A stretch of DNA of 64,000 nucleotides, taken from positions 608,001-672,000 of the forward strand of contig CM000151.3 in the NCBI GenBank assembly GCA_000004695.1, in the 5' to 3' direction. Below, piece by piece: positions 36,692 through 49,095 of the stretch. Each line of letters starts with the position of its first letter. Within the stretch, counting starts at the first letter, position 1. The notes beneath the pieces are model-generated. The model was not told where the DNA came from, did no database searches, and saw only the letters and a program-made list of their open reading frames with translations. The DNA is from Dictyostelium discoideum (lineage: Eukaryota). Both the position numbers and the translations under genes were made by a program.

Positions 36692-39239
36692 TACAGCAAC
36701 AGTAATAAATAAATAGTTGAGAGATTGATGTATGTATGTATTTATAAAACTTACATTTAAATTGGAAAATTTCAGCAATAAAGTATTGACCATCAACAGA
36801 GATACTGATATTGAATTTAGTATCAGAGTAGTTATATTTTAGCATTTCAGCATAGTTGGTTACATTACAGGATACACTAGAGTAGGTGTGAATGTCAATT
36901 TCATGTTGTGTGCATGGTTTGCCATCAATTAGAATTTCAAGATTTGAATCACCAAATGATGTACCATATATAGTGATTAGAGCAGTTTGATCGATTGAAG
37001 ATGTGTTTGTGATGGTTGGTGGTTCAAATTTGTAGTAATAGCCTGCAGATGGTAGTTGGTAGTTATACATTCTTTCAGTATCAGCACTTGAACTTGTGAT
37101 TAGTAATCTTTTAGAACCAGATGTATAACGTGGTGAAAGTGATCTAAGATTTGGTGCAATTGTACATTCAATGGTTGTAACATTAATTGAAGAAATATTA
37201 CACACTACTTTACCAATGGTAACGGTTGTTGTATCTTTGGCATAGTCAAAAAAGTAATGACCATTAATAGTAACCATTCCACCACCACATGGCACTGCAG
37301 GATCACTATTTTCAATAATAGGTTTCAAAGTGTATTGTTCAAGCATATTACTTTGTTGATCACCAAGTTGGAATCTATAGCTTGCAGTCTTTTTATTACC
37401 TACAGGATAACCAAATATAAGATACTCATGGCCACTTGCTATTACTGTACCATTTAATGTAATGCCACCAGAAAAAACAACAGTTATTATCGAATCCTTA
37501 ATAGAGTCACCTAGGTTATAACCATTAATTTTAATGTTACCATTTTTCTCTTGATAAACTTCAGTAAGTTGTGGAGGATTGTAACTAACATTAAATGAAC
37601 CAATTTGTAAAAGATTATAGTAAATGTTTATCGTGTGGTTTGACCCGAAGCCAGATTTTAAAACACAAGTAAATGATAAACCATCACCATCTTTCGAATG
37701 AATACAAATTGGACCATCAGGCTCACTCTCAAATGTTAATGGGATATCTCTACCATCAAAATCTACAGTTCTCATAAAGATACCTTTAATTTTTAAATCA
37801 TCACCAGGTGTATTTGATTTAAAGCTTTGACCATCAGTAATAGTTGGAGTGATCTTGAAATTATATCTTGGAGCTCTAAATGATTCATCACCATCCTCAA
37901 TAGCGAGTTCCATAAAACCAGGCTGGGTATTATTTGGTAGGAATATGAAAATGGTATTATTACTTTCAATAAAAAAACCAGGTTCTTCCAATGTTGATGT
38001 AGAATTCATTTTGGTAATATTGGTTTTCATACTCATACCAGTAATTACAGTAATAACAATAACTTTAGAAAGATATACACCAGTTACATTGAAAATCTGT
38101 GAATTTCCCCTTTGTTGAACATTTTGAATCAATGGAAGATCATAGGATATTTTAATTGTATTGCTTGTGTATTCACCATCAATCTATTAATAAAAGATCA
38201 AAAAATAATTAGTAATTGGTTATGTTTAGTTATAATATATATTATTATCTCTTACAGTAACAGTTAATGGAATATTATAGCCAAGAAAACCATAGTTTTT
38301 ACGAGTTGGGAGAGTGCATGTTATACTTTTTGAAGAATTGGTGTTGAAACATTCAATTCTTTTATTACCAAAAGTACCGGTAACATTTTGTTTAGATCTT
38401 AAATGATTTCCAGTAAATGTAACATTTCCACCATTATTGTTTAGAACTCCTTCCATTCTTATCAGTTCTGGTGAAAATGAGAAAGTATAACTTCTATAAA
38501 ATGTGTCACATATTTTGACATCTATTTTCCAGAGACCCTGATATCTTGCTTCATTTATTGAAAATTTAACCTCGGTGTGGTCATCATTAATAATACCAAA
38601 CTCTTTGCGATTGGAGTAGATATCATTTTTTGAAAAAATTTCAATGGAGGTGTTAAACAGGTTACTTCCTTTAATAGTAAAACTACCCTCACCATCAAGT
38701 AATGGATCTACTGGTATTGAACCCATTTCATACGTAGCATCGAAAAAGTTCCATTTGCCCAACCTATTATCATAATAAAATTTTAAAATACCGCATCCTT
38801 TGGGTATTTGGATATTGAAAAGGTCCAATGTAGAGTTATAGATAGGCCAAAAATTAACACCATTTAATATAATAGGTTTTACCATCCCATTTGACCTATA
38901 TGCAAGATTATATTCAAAGTTAAAATTTCCACCAGTGGTTGGCATTTTTGGAAACGAAGAGATCTCTGGTATAAAAAAAACTAAAGCCGAAATGTCGTAT
39001 AGCTTGTTTTTGTATGGGTAATTGAGAATATCAAAATAATATCCATCAGCAGCCTTTTCTAGACTAACTTCAATTGCTTTATTATCATATAGGGTAAATG
39101 ATTCTACCTGTTTTGTGCAATTTAGTTTAGTTACCACCAATGAGTTTGGTGATTCATCCTTCGTAAAAATACATTCTGGTTTGGAAAATAAAAATTTATA
39201 AATTAAAATTACAAAAATAGATATATATTTTATTTTCAT
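36311..39239 (-). CDS. tgrB-type IPT/TIG-repeat single-pass membrane protein (tiger family); join(38256..39239,36755..38183,36548..36651) ~839 aa, plus an in-frame 79-aa basic tail ORF (36311..36547) beyond a TAA
   Basis: Signal peptide MKIKYISIFVILIYKFLFS. Repeated IPT/TIG signatures (GGMVTINGHYF, ITVVFSGGITLNG, IYGTSFGD). Donor GTAAGA at 38255 with acceptor attaatag at 38184. Donor T|GTAAGT at 36754 with acceptor ttgtaaag at 36652. Transmembrane helix GMYAGIVVFIIFLAYIF. An in-frame TAA (36548-36550) is followed by a stop-free tail ORF (IGKEYLESYLQEKKQRRAFRYLDNLRLKVRAKH...RRYFKEHND). The gene is divergently paired with a tgrC-type gene. Confidence 0.8.
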
Positions 39240-39654
39240 TTTATATAAATTAAAAAAAATAAAGAAAAATTTTATTATTAAAAAAAAAAAAAAATAAAGA
39301 AAAATTTTATTATTAAAAAAAAAAGAATGAAATAAAAGAAAAAAAAAAAACTAAAGTGGGACAAAAAAAAAAGAAAGAAATAAAAGAAAAAAAAAATAAA
39401 GTGGGACAAAAAAAAAAAATTGTGTTTTGCTTTAAATAATTTTTGAGAAATTTTCTAAAGAGTGTGAGTTTCGATTAAAATATATTTAATCAGCCCTTTC
39501 AAAAATTTGGAGGGGGGGTTAAATAATTTTTTTTGGATTTTCTAAAACTTCAAACAGTGTCATTTCGATTAAAATAAAAATTTTAAACCCCTTTACTCAA
39601 ATTTCTCCTATTTATAGAATTTATTAATATTTTTTTAAATAAATTTATTATTAT

Positions 39655-39697
<43 letters not shown>

Positions 39698-39754
39698 TAC
39701 TTGGGTTTTTTTTATTTTTTAATCATTTTATTAATTCTTTTTAAAATTATAATT
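39240..39754. promoter_or_regulatory. shared bidirectional promoter between the tgrB-type (minus) and tgrC-type (plus) genes
   Basis: 515-bp AT-rich intergenic region between two divergent start codons. It contains an internally duplicated GC-containing module (39440-39500 and 39541-39610: agagtgtgagtttcgattaaaatatattt..cccttt..caaaaatttggaggggggg). The same module recurs upstream of the second tgrC-like gene at 43095-43160. Confidence 0.5.
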
Positions 39755-42384
39755 ATGATTACATTAAAAACTATATTATTTTTAATTTTTTTAGTTTCAT
39801 TTGTTTCATCAGATAATAAAATTAAACCACCTATAGCATGGGGTATTTAGCATTTTTAATTTTAATAGTTGGGTTTTTAAAAATTAATGTTTTAATAATT
39901 AATATTTTTATTTTTATATTTTTTAATAGAGGTAATACGCAATGAAACTTCTTTGATATTAACATATTATAAAAGTCAACCTTATGTTACGAGTCTTATT
40001 ATGTTCAAAGACAAAACCACTCCAAGAACTGATTTTCCAAATTATTTTAATTGTAGTCTCATTGTTGGAGAATTTAGATATTGTATATTCCATTCTGAAC
40101 TTCCTTTTTCAAGATTCTGGGGTAGTATTTATAGTAAGGTATGTGCAAGAGAAGAAGCAGATCCAAGAGAGGATTGCACGTCCTATACATTAGATGAAGT
40201 GATATATATTCATCCATATAATGTTAAATTTAGTGGGCCTGTACCAACATCAGGAGGTGATATTATTATTAACGGTACTTTTTTAAGAATCTCAGGAGGT
40301 CCAAATACAATGGATTATGTCGTCCATGGTTCTTTTTCGAAAGTGGTTGTCAAAGGTAATTTCTCAGATCCATCATTTAACTGTAATAATATCACCGTTA
40401 CGATTCCACCAGGTGGCGGATTTTTTAAACTAATTTTTGGCGAACTTGGAGGAGGAGAATTTGATATTTCATATGCACTTCCAATAATTTCAGATATTGT
40501 CCAGGATTCATCAAAACAACTAATTACAGTTAATGGCCATAACTTTTTTACTGATAATGGATTGGTAGGTGTTTTTTTTGATAATGTCTACCAAAAAAAT
40601 ATAAATATTACAATCAATCATACACAAATTCAAGTGATGGGATTTAATAGAGTTGATCCTGGTCCAATGTCTATTGCTATTGTTATAAAAGATGTATATA
40701 TCGAAAAGAATTATATTCATTGTTTCCCAGCAATAATAACATCAATATCATCAGTATCAAATGAATTGGGTGGTATTGTAACAATTAAAGGTTCAAAGTT
40801 ATCTTCAACTTCAAATTCATCATTAATTCCAACAATTACAATTGGTAAAAAACAATGTAAATTTATTAAATCATCAACAACTGAATTAGAATGTAAATTA
40901 GATCCAAATGAATTTGGCGGTAAAAAGTTATCAGTTGATGTTAATTTCAATGGTTGTAATTCAACAAGTTCTAGTAGTATTCCTGTAACATTTACATATA
41001 ATATCCCAACATTATCAAGTGGGTCATTTTCAAATGGTGTCGTTGCTTTAATTGGGAAAAACCTAGGAAATTATGATGAATCATTCATTCAATTATATGC
41101 AAGTGGAATTAATACAAAAATTGACAAATTTTATACATCATCTGATGAAAAGAGTATATCATTTAAATTACCACTTTTGAGATGTAAATCATTTAATATA
41201 AGTTTCAATAGTGATGGGATTTCTTCAAATGTACTTTCAATTTCAGCATCATTATCAATTAATGTAATTAATAAACCATCAGTACCAAATGGAACATTAA
41301 ATATTGAATTTTATTATATCGATTGTTCAATTAGTTCATCATCAACACCATATATTACAGTTGGTAACTTCTTTACCTATCAATGTTCAATACCATCATT
41401 ACAATCACCAACATTAGATTTTTATCAAACATCATGTTCAATACCATATGGTACTGGTATGAATAAACAATTCACATTCAAATATTATTCATATGAAGTA
41501 AATGAAAAATTTTCATATTCACCACCAAAAGTTGAATCACGTTCATTCTCTAATGATAAAACTATTATTACAATTAATGGTAATAATTTTGGTAATTCAA
41601 AATCATTGATTCAAGTTTATTTCAATGGTAATGATATTTCATCAAAAATTCAATCATTAAATAATAATCAATTTACATTTAAAATATTAAATTCATATAA
41701 AAGTGGTCCAATTAATATTACTGTAGATGGTAGTAGTATGGATTCGTTATTTTATTTAACATTACCCCCTATTATTAATGATATAATAAATAAAGATAAT
41801 AAAACATTAAGTTGTGGAAGTTTAATTACAGTTTCAGGCAATAATTTATTAACAAATGATGAAGAATTCAAAGTTAAAGTATTAGCAAATAATCAAGATA
41901 CAACAATAATTAAACAAGATGAAAACATATTATTAGTTAAATCTGATAATAATGAGAGTCCACTAAATGTTTCAGTATTTATTGGTAATGATTTAATAAT
42001 ATCAAATGTAACATTAACATATTTAGAACCAATAATTACAGTAATTCCAACTATTAAAAATAATAAAGATGGTATTTCAATAATAATTGGTGGGATTAGT
42101 TTGTCAAATATTATTAATGCAAGTTTAACACTCTCTTCAAATGATAATAATAATACTATAATACCTCTTAAATGTAATTTACAATGTAGTTTGTCCCCAA
42201 ATGGCACATTTTATATTAATAATACAATAAGTTCAAATGAAATTGATATTACTAATCGTTTATTATGCCATTCAAACTCAATTGTTAATGAGACATCAGG
42301 AGTATTAAATCTTCATTTTACTTCGATATCATTCCATCATTTTGTTAAAATTGATGAATCTGAATCTACTTCATCTTCGCCATT

Positions 42385-42468
<84 letters not shown>

Positions 42469-42574
42469 GTCATTTAGTGGCGGAAGTAAATCAAGTAAAT
42501 TATCAAGTAGTACAATTGCTGGTATTACAATTGGTTTTTTTAGTGTTGTTGGGGTTTTTGTTGATATATTTTAA
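39755..42574 (+). CDS. tgrC-type IPT/TIG-repeat membrane protein, ~910 aa; join(39755..39842,39930..42574)
   Basis: Exon 1 encodes signal peptide [19 protein letters not shown]. Donor G|GTATTT at 39843; acceptor taatag at 39929. Exon 2 is the 873-aa ORF. At least seven TIG-like units ([39 protein letters not shown]...). A poly-Ser stalk is encoded by (TCA)n, followed by a C-terminal TM helix ([19 protein letters not shown]) with no cytoplasmic tail. Confidence 0.85.
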
Positions 42575-43345
42575 AAATAATCACTCATGCCAGAAACTCT
42601 TAAAATAAAATTTTCAAATTAATTTTAGAAATTAATGGAAATATAAATATAAACAATAATAAAAAAATAAAAATATTACTTAGGATTTTTTTAAACATTT
42701 CTTTTATTTTAAGCAAACAAGGTTTTTTTTTAATATTTAAATTTATGTCCACTTTTCAATGGCCATAAATTAACCTTTTTTATCTAATTTTTTTCATGAT
42801 TTTGTGCCATATCAATTTCTGCTGGCATTTTAACATATTAATTTCAGCCTAGTATATGCATGCTGCAATTAATATGTCAAAATCACCATAATAGTTCTAA
42901 CATTCAGTTTTAATTAGTGTTTTATCTATATCCTACTTTGGAAAAAATTTAAATAGTGTTTTTTGATTATCCATCATATTTTAAGAAATATTTATTTTTT
43001 ATATATTATCTATGATTTTTAAATTATCCAATTTTTTTTTTAAATTTAGGTGATATGAGCACTCTTGTTATTAAAAAAATTCTGAAGGGGGAGTGGTAAA
43101 TAATTTTAAAGAGTGTTAGTTTCTTTTAAAATATATTTTCATCCCTTCAAAAAATTGTACATAAAAAACTTATTTTTAATTTGATAGGTTCTATTATTAG
43201 AATTTTATAATATTTTTTTAAATTTTTTTATATAATGCTTGAAACATATTTTTTTATTTATTTTATAATTTTTCAATTGTTTGTTTAACAAAAATTTTTA
43301 TATTTATTTTTGTTAATCATTTTGTTTATTCTTTCAAATATTATT

Positions 43346-45954
43346 ATGATATTAAAAACAATATTAATTTTTTCGTTTTTAGTTTCATTTTTTTCAACTG
43401 CTCATTCAATTGAAAAACCTTTTGTAATAGGTATTTATCTTTTAAATTTAAATACAGTGTAAATTTAAATACAGAAATCTATTTTTTTTTAATAATTCCA
43501 TTTATGTTTTTAAAATTAATAACTGTATTTAAATATTGTTGAACATTAGAGGAAATACACAATGAAACTTCTTTGATTTTTAAATTTTATAAAGAAAGGT
43601 CTTATATTAGCCGTCTGGAAATGTATAAAGACCGAGAAACTCCAAGAACTGATTTTCCAAATTATTTCGACTGTACTCTCATTATTGGAGAATATAGATA
43701 TTGTGTTTTGCATTCTGACCTTCCTTTTTCTAGACTATGGGGTAGTATTTATAGTAAGGTATGTGTAAGAGATGTATCAAGTCCAAGAGTGGATTGTATT
43801 TCATATAAGATAATAGATGTTTCATATGTGGCTCCAGTAAATGTCAAATTTACCAGTCTTCCTCCAACCTCAGGAGGTGATGTCGTTATAAATGGTAGTT
43901 TTTTAAGGTTCGTTGGAGGTCCAAATAAACTTGATCATAGCATTCCTCCTTTTAACCCATTTTATGTTAAAGGCGATTTCTCAGATCCATCATTTAACTG
44001 TAATAATATCACTGTTACATTTCCACCAGGTTCCGGATCATTTTGGGTATTTTTTATTGACGGAGTAAGTGGTGAATATTTAATTTCTTATGCACACCCA
44101 AAAATTTCAGGTTTTATTGTGGATTTATCAAAAAATGTAATAATAATTGATGGAGATAACTTTTTTACTAATAAATCTTTGGTTCAAGTTTATTTTGATG
44201 ATATCCAACAACAAAATATAAGTATTACAATTAGTCATACACAAATTCAAGTAATAAACTTCAATAGAATCGATCCTGGTCCAATGTCTGTTCTTATTAC
44301 AGTAAATGGAGTTCAAACCCAAAATAATTATACTCATTGTTTCCCGTCAATTATTACATCAATATCTTCAGTATCAAATGATTTGGGTGGTATAGTAACA
44401 ATTAAAGGTTCAAAGTTATCTTCAACTTCAAATTCATCGATAATTCCTTCAATTACAATTGGTAATAAACAATGTAAATTTATTAAATCAACAACAACTG
44501 AATTAGAATGTAAATTAGATCCAAATATATCTAGTGGTAAAAAGTTATCAGTTGATGTTAATTTCAATGGTTGTAATTCAACAAGTTCTGGTAGTAGTCC
44601 TGTAACATTTACATATAATATTCCAGCACTATCAAGTGGGTCATTTTCAAATGGTATCGTTACATTAATTGGGGAGAATCTTGGTAATAATAAAGAATCA
44701 TTCATTCAATTATATACTAATGAAATTAATATAAAAATTGAAAAATTTAATATATCATCTGATCAAAAGAGTTTAACATTTAAATTGCCACATTTAAAAT
44801 GTAAATCATTTAATATTAATTTCACTCGTAATAATATTTCAATTAACACAATTTCAATTTCGGCATCATTATCAAATAATGTAATTAATAAACCATCAGT
44901 ATCAAATGGAACATTATTTATTGAATTGTATTATATCGATTGTCCAATTAGTTCATCATCAAAACCAACTATTACAGTTGGTAATTCATTAACCAATCAA
45001 TGTTCAATACCATTATTAAAATCATCAACATCAGATTATTATGAAACAACATGTTTAATACCATTTGGTACTGGTATCAATAGACAATTCGCATTGAAAT
45101 ATAATTCAGAGTTAGTAAATAACATTTTCTCATATGCACCACCTATTATTAATGATATAATAAATAAAGATAATAAAACATTAAGTTGTGGAAGTATTAT
45201 AACAGTTTCAGGTAATAATTTATTAACAAATGATGAAGAATTCAAAGTTAAAGTATTAGCAAATAATCAAGATACAACAATAATTAAACAAGATGAAAAC
45301 ATATTATTAGTTAAATATGATATTAATGAGAGTCCACTAAATGTTTCAGTATTTATTGGTAATGATTTGATAAAATCAAATGTAATATTAACATTTTTAC
45401 AACCAATAATTACAGTTATTCCAAATATTAAAAATAATAAAGATGGTATTTCAATAATAATTGGTGGAATTAGTTTGTCGAATATTATTAATTCAAGTTT
45501 AACACTCTCTTTAAATGATAATTTAAATACTATTATACCTCTTAAATGTAATTTACAATGTAGTCTATTTCCAAATGATACATTTTATTATAATAATACA
45601 GTATTAAGTTCAAATGAAATTCATATTACAAATTATACTGATAGTTTATTATGTCATTCAAATTCAATAATTAATGAAACATCAGGAGTATTAAATATTC
45701 AATTTGCTCAAACTTCATTCCATTATGATGTTAAAATTGATGAAATTGAATCTTCATCATCATCATTTTCACAATCATCTTCACCATCATCTTCACCATC
45801 ATCTTCACCACCATCTTCAACATCATTATCATCTTCACCATCATCATCATCATCATCATCAATAAGTGGTGGAAGTAAATCATTAAGTGGTACAGTTGCA
45901 AGTATTACAATTGCTTGTGTTGCTGTTGTTGGTGCTCTTGTTGCTATAATTTAA
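43346..45954 (+). CDS. tgrC-type paralogue 2, ~822 aa; join(43346..43430,43550..45954); lacks one TIG unit relative to 39755..42574
   Basis: Same architecture: signal peptide MILKTILIFSFLVSFFSTAHS, donor G|GTATTT and acceptor cattag. About 70% aa identity to the upstream paralogue. An ~88-aa segment ([16 protein letters not shown]...[10 protein letters not shown]) present in the first paralogue is absent. Ser/Pro-rich stalk followed by TM helix ITIACVAVVGALVAII. Confidence 0.85.
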
Positions 45955-46559
45955 AATAATCAATCGTGCTTAAAACTCTTTTAAAATAATATTTTCAAAT
46001 TTATTTAAAAAAAAAAAAATTAATGGAAATATAAATAAACAATAAACAATAATAAAATATTATATGAATTTTTTTTAATTTCTTTATTTTCAATGCAAAA
46101 GTGATTATTATATTGTTATTGTTATTTTTATTATTATTGATAGTGATGTGTAGTTAATGGTGATACTAAACGAGTTTCATAATATAATTTCATTAAATGA
46201 TGCTAACTGCGAGTTAATTTAACTTTTCTTTGACAGAGTCTTTATCCTCCTCAACACCATCATTTTCTTCGATTTCTTGATAATTATTATCAAAACTTTT
46301 TCTTTGTCAATATTTGTGAGATTTTATAACTGTTCCTTTGTGAATTTTTGATTTAAGCCATCCAATTTTCTCTTTCTTTTTGTTGTTACTATTTCCGATA
46401 TCTATTTGATCCTTTTCTTGTTCTGCTTGATCAACTTTCTTCCTCCTCATCTTTAGCTTTATTTTGTGGAATATCTTGTACCTCTGAGAGCGCAGCCAAA
46501 GGTGGATCGGTTTCTTAATCCTTATCAAGTTTTTCATCATCTTTAATGAGTTCATAATC

Positions 46560-46917
46560 TTGATTTTCTTAGGTATTTGGATCTACTACTAAGTGTTACT
46601 ATTATTATTACTATTACTATTACTATTACTATTACTATTACCAATAGCAATACTATTTCCATCAACTGAATTTAAACTTGATAAACTAGTTGAATTTGTT
46701 GTTGATTCTTCTGTTGAGTGTTGAAGTGGTTGTATTTGTTAATAATAATGAGTGTGAAATTGAAATATGATAAAATTGATCAGAGAAATGGTAGGTGTTG
46801 TGCCCAAAAAAGCGAAAGTGAAAAATAAATTCCCTTTTTACTATTACCAATGTTCCTTGGATATTTAATAATTAAATTAGTGGAATTAAACATAGTCTTA
46901 ATATTTTTAATGACACA

Positions 46918-46948
<31 letters not shown>

Positions 46949-47110
46949 TATTAACATAGATTTTTATATTTATTTATTTACTTATTTTTATTTATTTATT
47001 TATTTATTTTTTTTATTATTTATTTTTTTTATTATTTATTTTTTTTAAAAAAAAACTAACATCTAATGTACATTTTTTATTGGTATTTATTTTTTGTTTT
47101 CTTTTTGGGT
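46560..47110. repeat. segmental repeat R2 (second copy at 54780-55050)
   Basis: (ctattactatta)n followed by ctaacatctaatgtacattttttattggtatttattttttgttttctttttgggttgatgtgg. This matches ...tacatctaaatgtacattttctatttgtatttattttttgttttcttttttggttgatgttgc at 54960-55040. Confidence 0.5.
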
Positions 47111-48345
47111 TGATGTGGATCTTATTATAAGAAAGTAATGAAAAATGAAATATTAATTAATATTTAAAAAAAAAAATTAAATTCCCAACCCAGGCCCAAA
47201 AAAAAAAACAATTATTTTATTTTTTATTTTTTATTTTTTATTTTTTTATTTATAGATTTTCCATATATGTAGTTTGTGTAAAAATAATAGAATTTATTTT
47301 TTTATTTTAGTATAATAAAATGAAGTGAATTAATTAATCCATTCAATATAATAAATAATAAACAATAGTAGTATTAGTAGTTATAACTATGATTAATGCA
47401 ATTTTAAACTTTCTGAAAAAAAAGTGATTAATAAATTGCCAAGATATTAAATAGTGTTCGACCTTTTTCCCTTTTTGGAAAAAAAGGGTGTTTTTTTAAA
47501 TTTCCCTTCTATTCCATGTTTTTTTTAAAAACTTCCATATTAATATAATATTTTTATATTACATTTTTTTTTCAATTATCCAGAGGCTCAGCAAAATTTT
47601 TTTTTTTTAATTATTTATTAATTATGGGTCACCCAATTCAATTTATCTATTCATTAATTTTTTATTTTTTTTTTTTATTTTTTTTTTACAGTTTAAATAA
47701 TAAAAACAAAAAAAAAAAATCAACTAAACACTTTAAGTTATTATAAAAGTTTCATAAAATTTAACAACCACATTTTTTAACAGTTATCATCAAAAATAAA
47801 AACAAAAAAAAAAAAAAAAAATTATAATGATAATTGATAACGTAAAAATTTCTTTCTATAATTATTAATATTATTTGTTTGAAAAGTTTATTTTACAAAT
47901 AGTTACATAATTATTATTTGTTTTTTTTAATGTTTATTTTACAAATTGGTTATTTTTAAAATTTTTATTTTTTTTTATATAATATTTGAAATTAAAAACA
48001 CTTTATAACCACAATTTATTTATTTATTTTTAACGGATAAAAATTGTAGATTCTGAGTAAGTATAGTTTGTATATTGAACATAAATGATATGTTTAAAGA
48101 TTTATTATTTTTATAAAAATAAGGCGAAAAATAAAAAATGAAAAATTTCCGGAAAATGGAAGATTTCCATTTTCCATTTTCTACCATAATTTGAATTTTT
48201 TTTCCGGAAATTGGCCAACACTAATATTAAATATATTGGTGGTGCTGAAGAACAAGAAGAAAAAGAAGAACAAGAAGAAGAGAATTCAATTGAAATACCA
48301 GTGGTAGAAGAACAATTAGATGGTGGATAGTAAAAGGAATTAAAG

Positions 48346-48490
48346 AGGTAACTCTGCATCTGTTTTTATTTTTTCAGGTGATGATAGTGGTGGCAATCAT
48401 AATAATTGTGGTAATGGTAATAATGTAACAATCGTAATAAAGATAGTAATAGTAGTGGTATCGATGATGATAATAATAATAACAATAATA
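48346..48490. repeat. segmental repeat R3 (second copy at 56062-56190)
   Basis: ctgcatctgttttt..ttcaggtgat(g/a)atggtgg..aatcataataattgtggtaat(g/c)gtaataatgtaacaatcgtaataa is shared by both copies. In the 56-kb copy it is fused directly to the tgrB-like intron/exon junction. Confidence 0.45.
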
Positions 48491-48774
48491 TTAATAATAT
48501 AGCTTATTTATTTATAATGGTGGATTAGATTTAGTAGAAAAGTACTTTCTAAATTGTTATTATCTACTTCTTCCTCTTCATCAATCGAACCATTTAAAAT
48601 ACCAATCACAAAAAAGGACGTTTACAAAGGACTGTTTTCAAATTCAACAATATTGAAAACATTAATTGGATTTTTTAAATCATCACTTTCTAATTGTGAA
48701 ATTTCACAAAATAAAAGAAATGAAGGAATTCAATAGAATTTTTAAATATTAGATCCGACTTATAATGAACAACA

Positions 48775-48783
48775 ACACCAAAT

Positions 48784-48872
<89 letters not shown>

Positions 48873-49095
48873 TAATTAATTAATGAACGTCAGTTACTAC
48901 AACAGCAGATTCAATTAACTAAACAGCAACCACAACAACAGCAACAATTAATTAATGAACGTCAACAACAACATCAACAACAACAACAATTAATTAATGA
49001 ACGTCAGTTACTACAACAGCAGATTCAATTAATTAAACAGCAACCACAACAACAGCAACCAATGAATCATACAACACCTCCATCACCTCATCATT
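48775..49095 (+). repeat. (CAA)n microsatellite plus 2.3 tandem copies of a ~63-bp unit (ttaattaatgaacgtcagttactacaacagcagattcaattaaYtaaacagcaaccacaacaacagcaac)
   Basis: Read directly from the sequence. It would encode a poly-Q/LINERQ repeat and is fused at ~49092 to the 3'-truncated tgrB-like pseudogene. Confidence 0.6.

Noticed and set aside
46200-46560. ORF 46307..46555 (minus) and surrounding GC-containing stretch as a gene
   Set aside because: Stops occur in all frames when the ORF is extended, and the peptide is low complexity (K/E-rich). It is probably a decayed fragment associated with repeat R2.
48111-48359. ORF 48111..48359 (minus) and the plus-strand E/K-rich reading frame at 48240-48330
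   Set aside because: It is short, sits at the edge of repeat R3, and has no start or splice context. It is likely a relic fragment.
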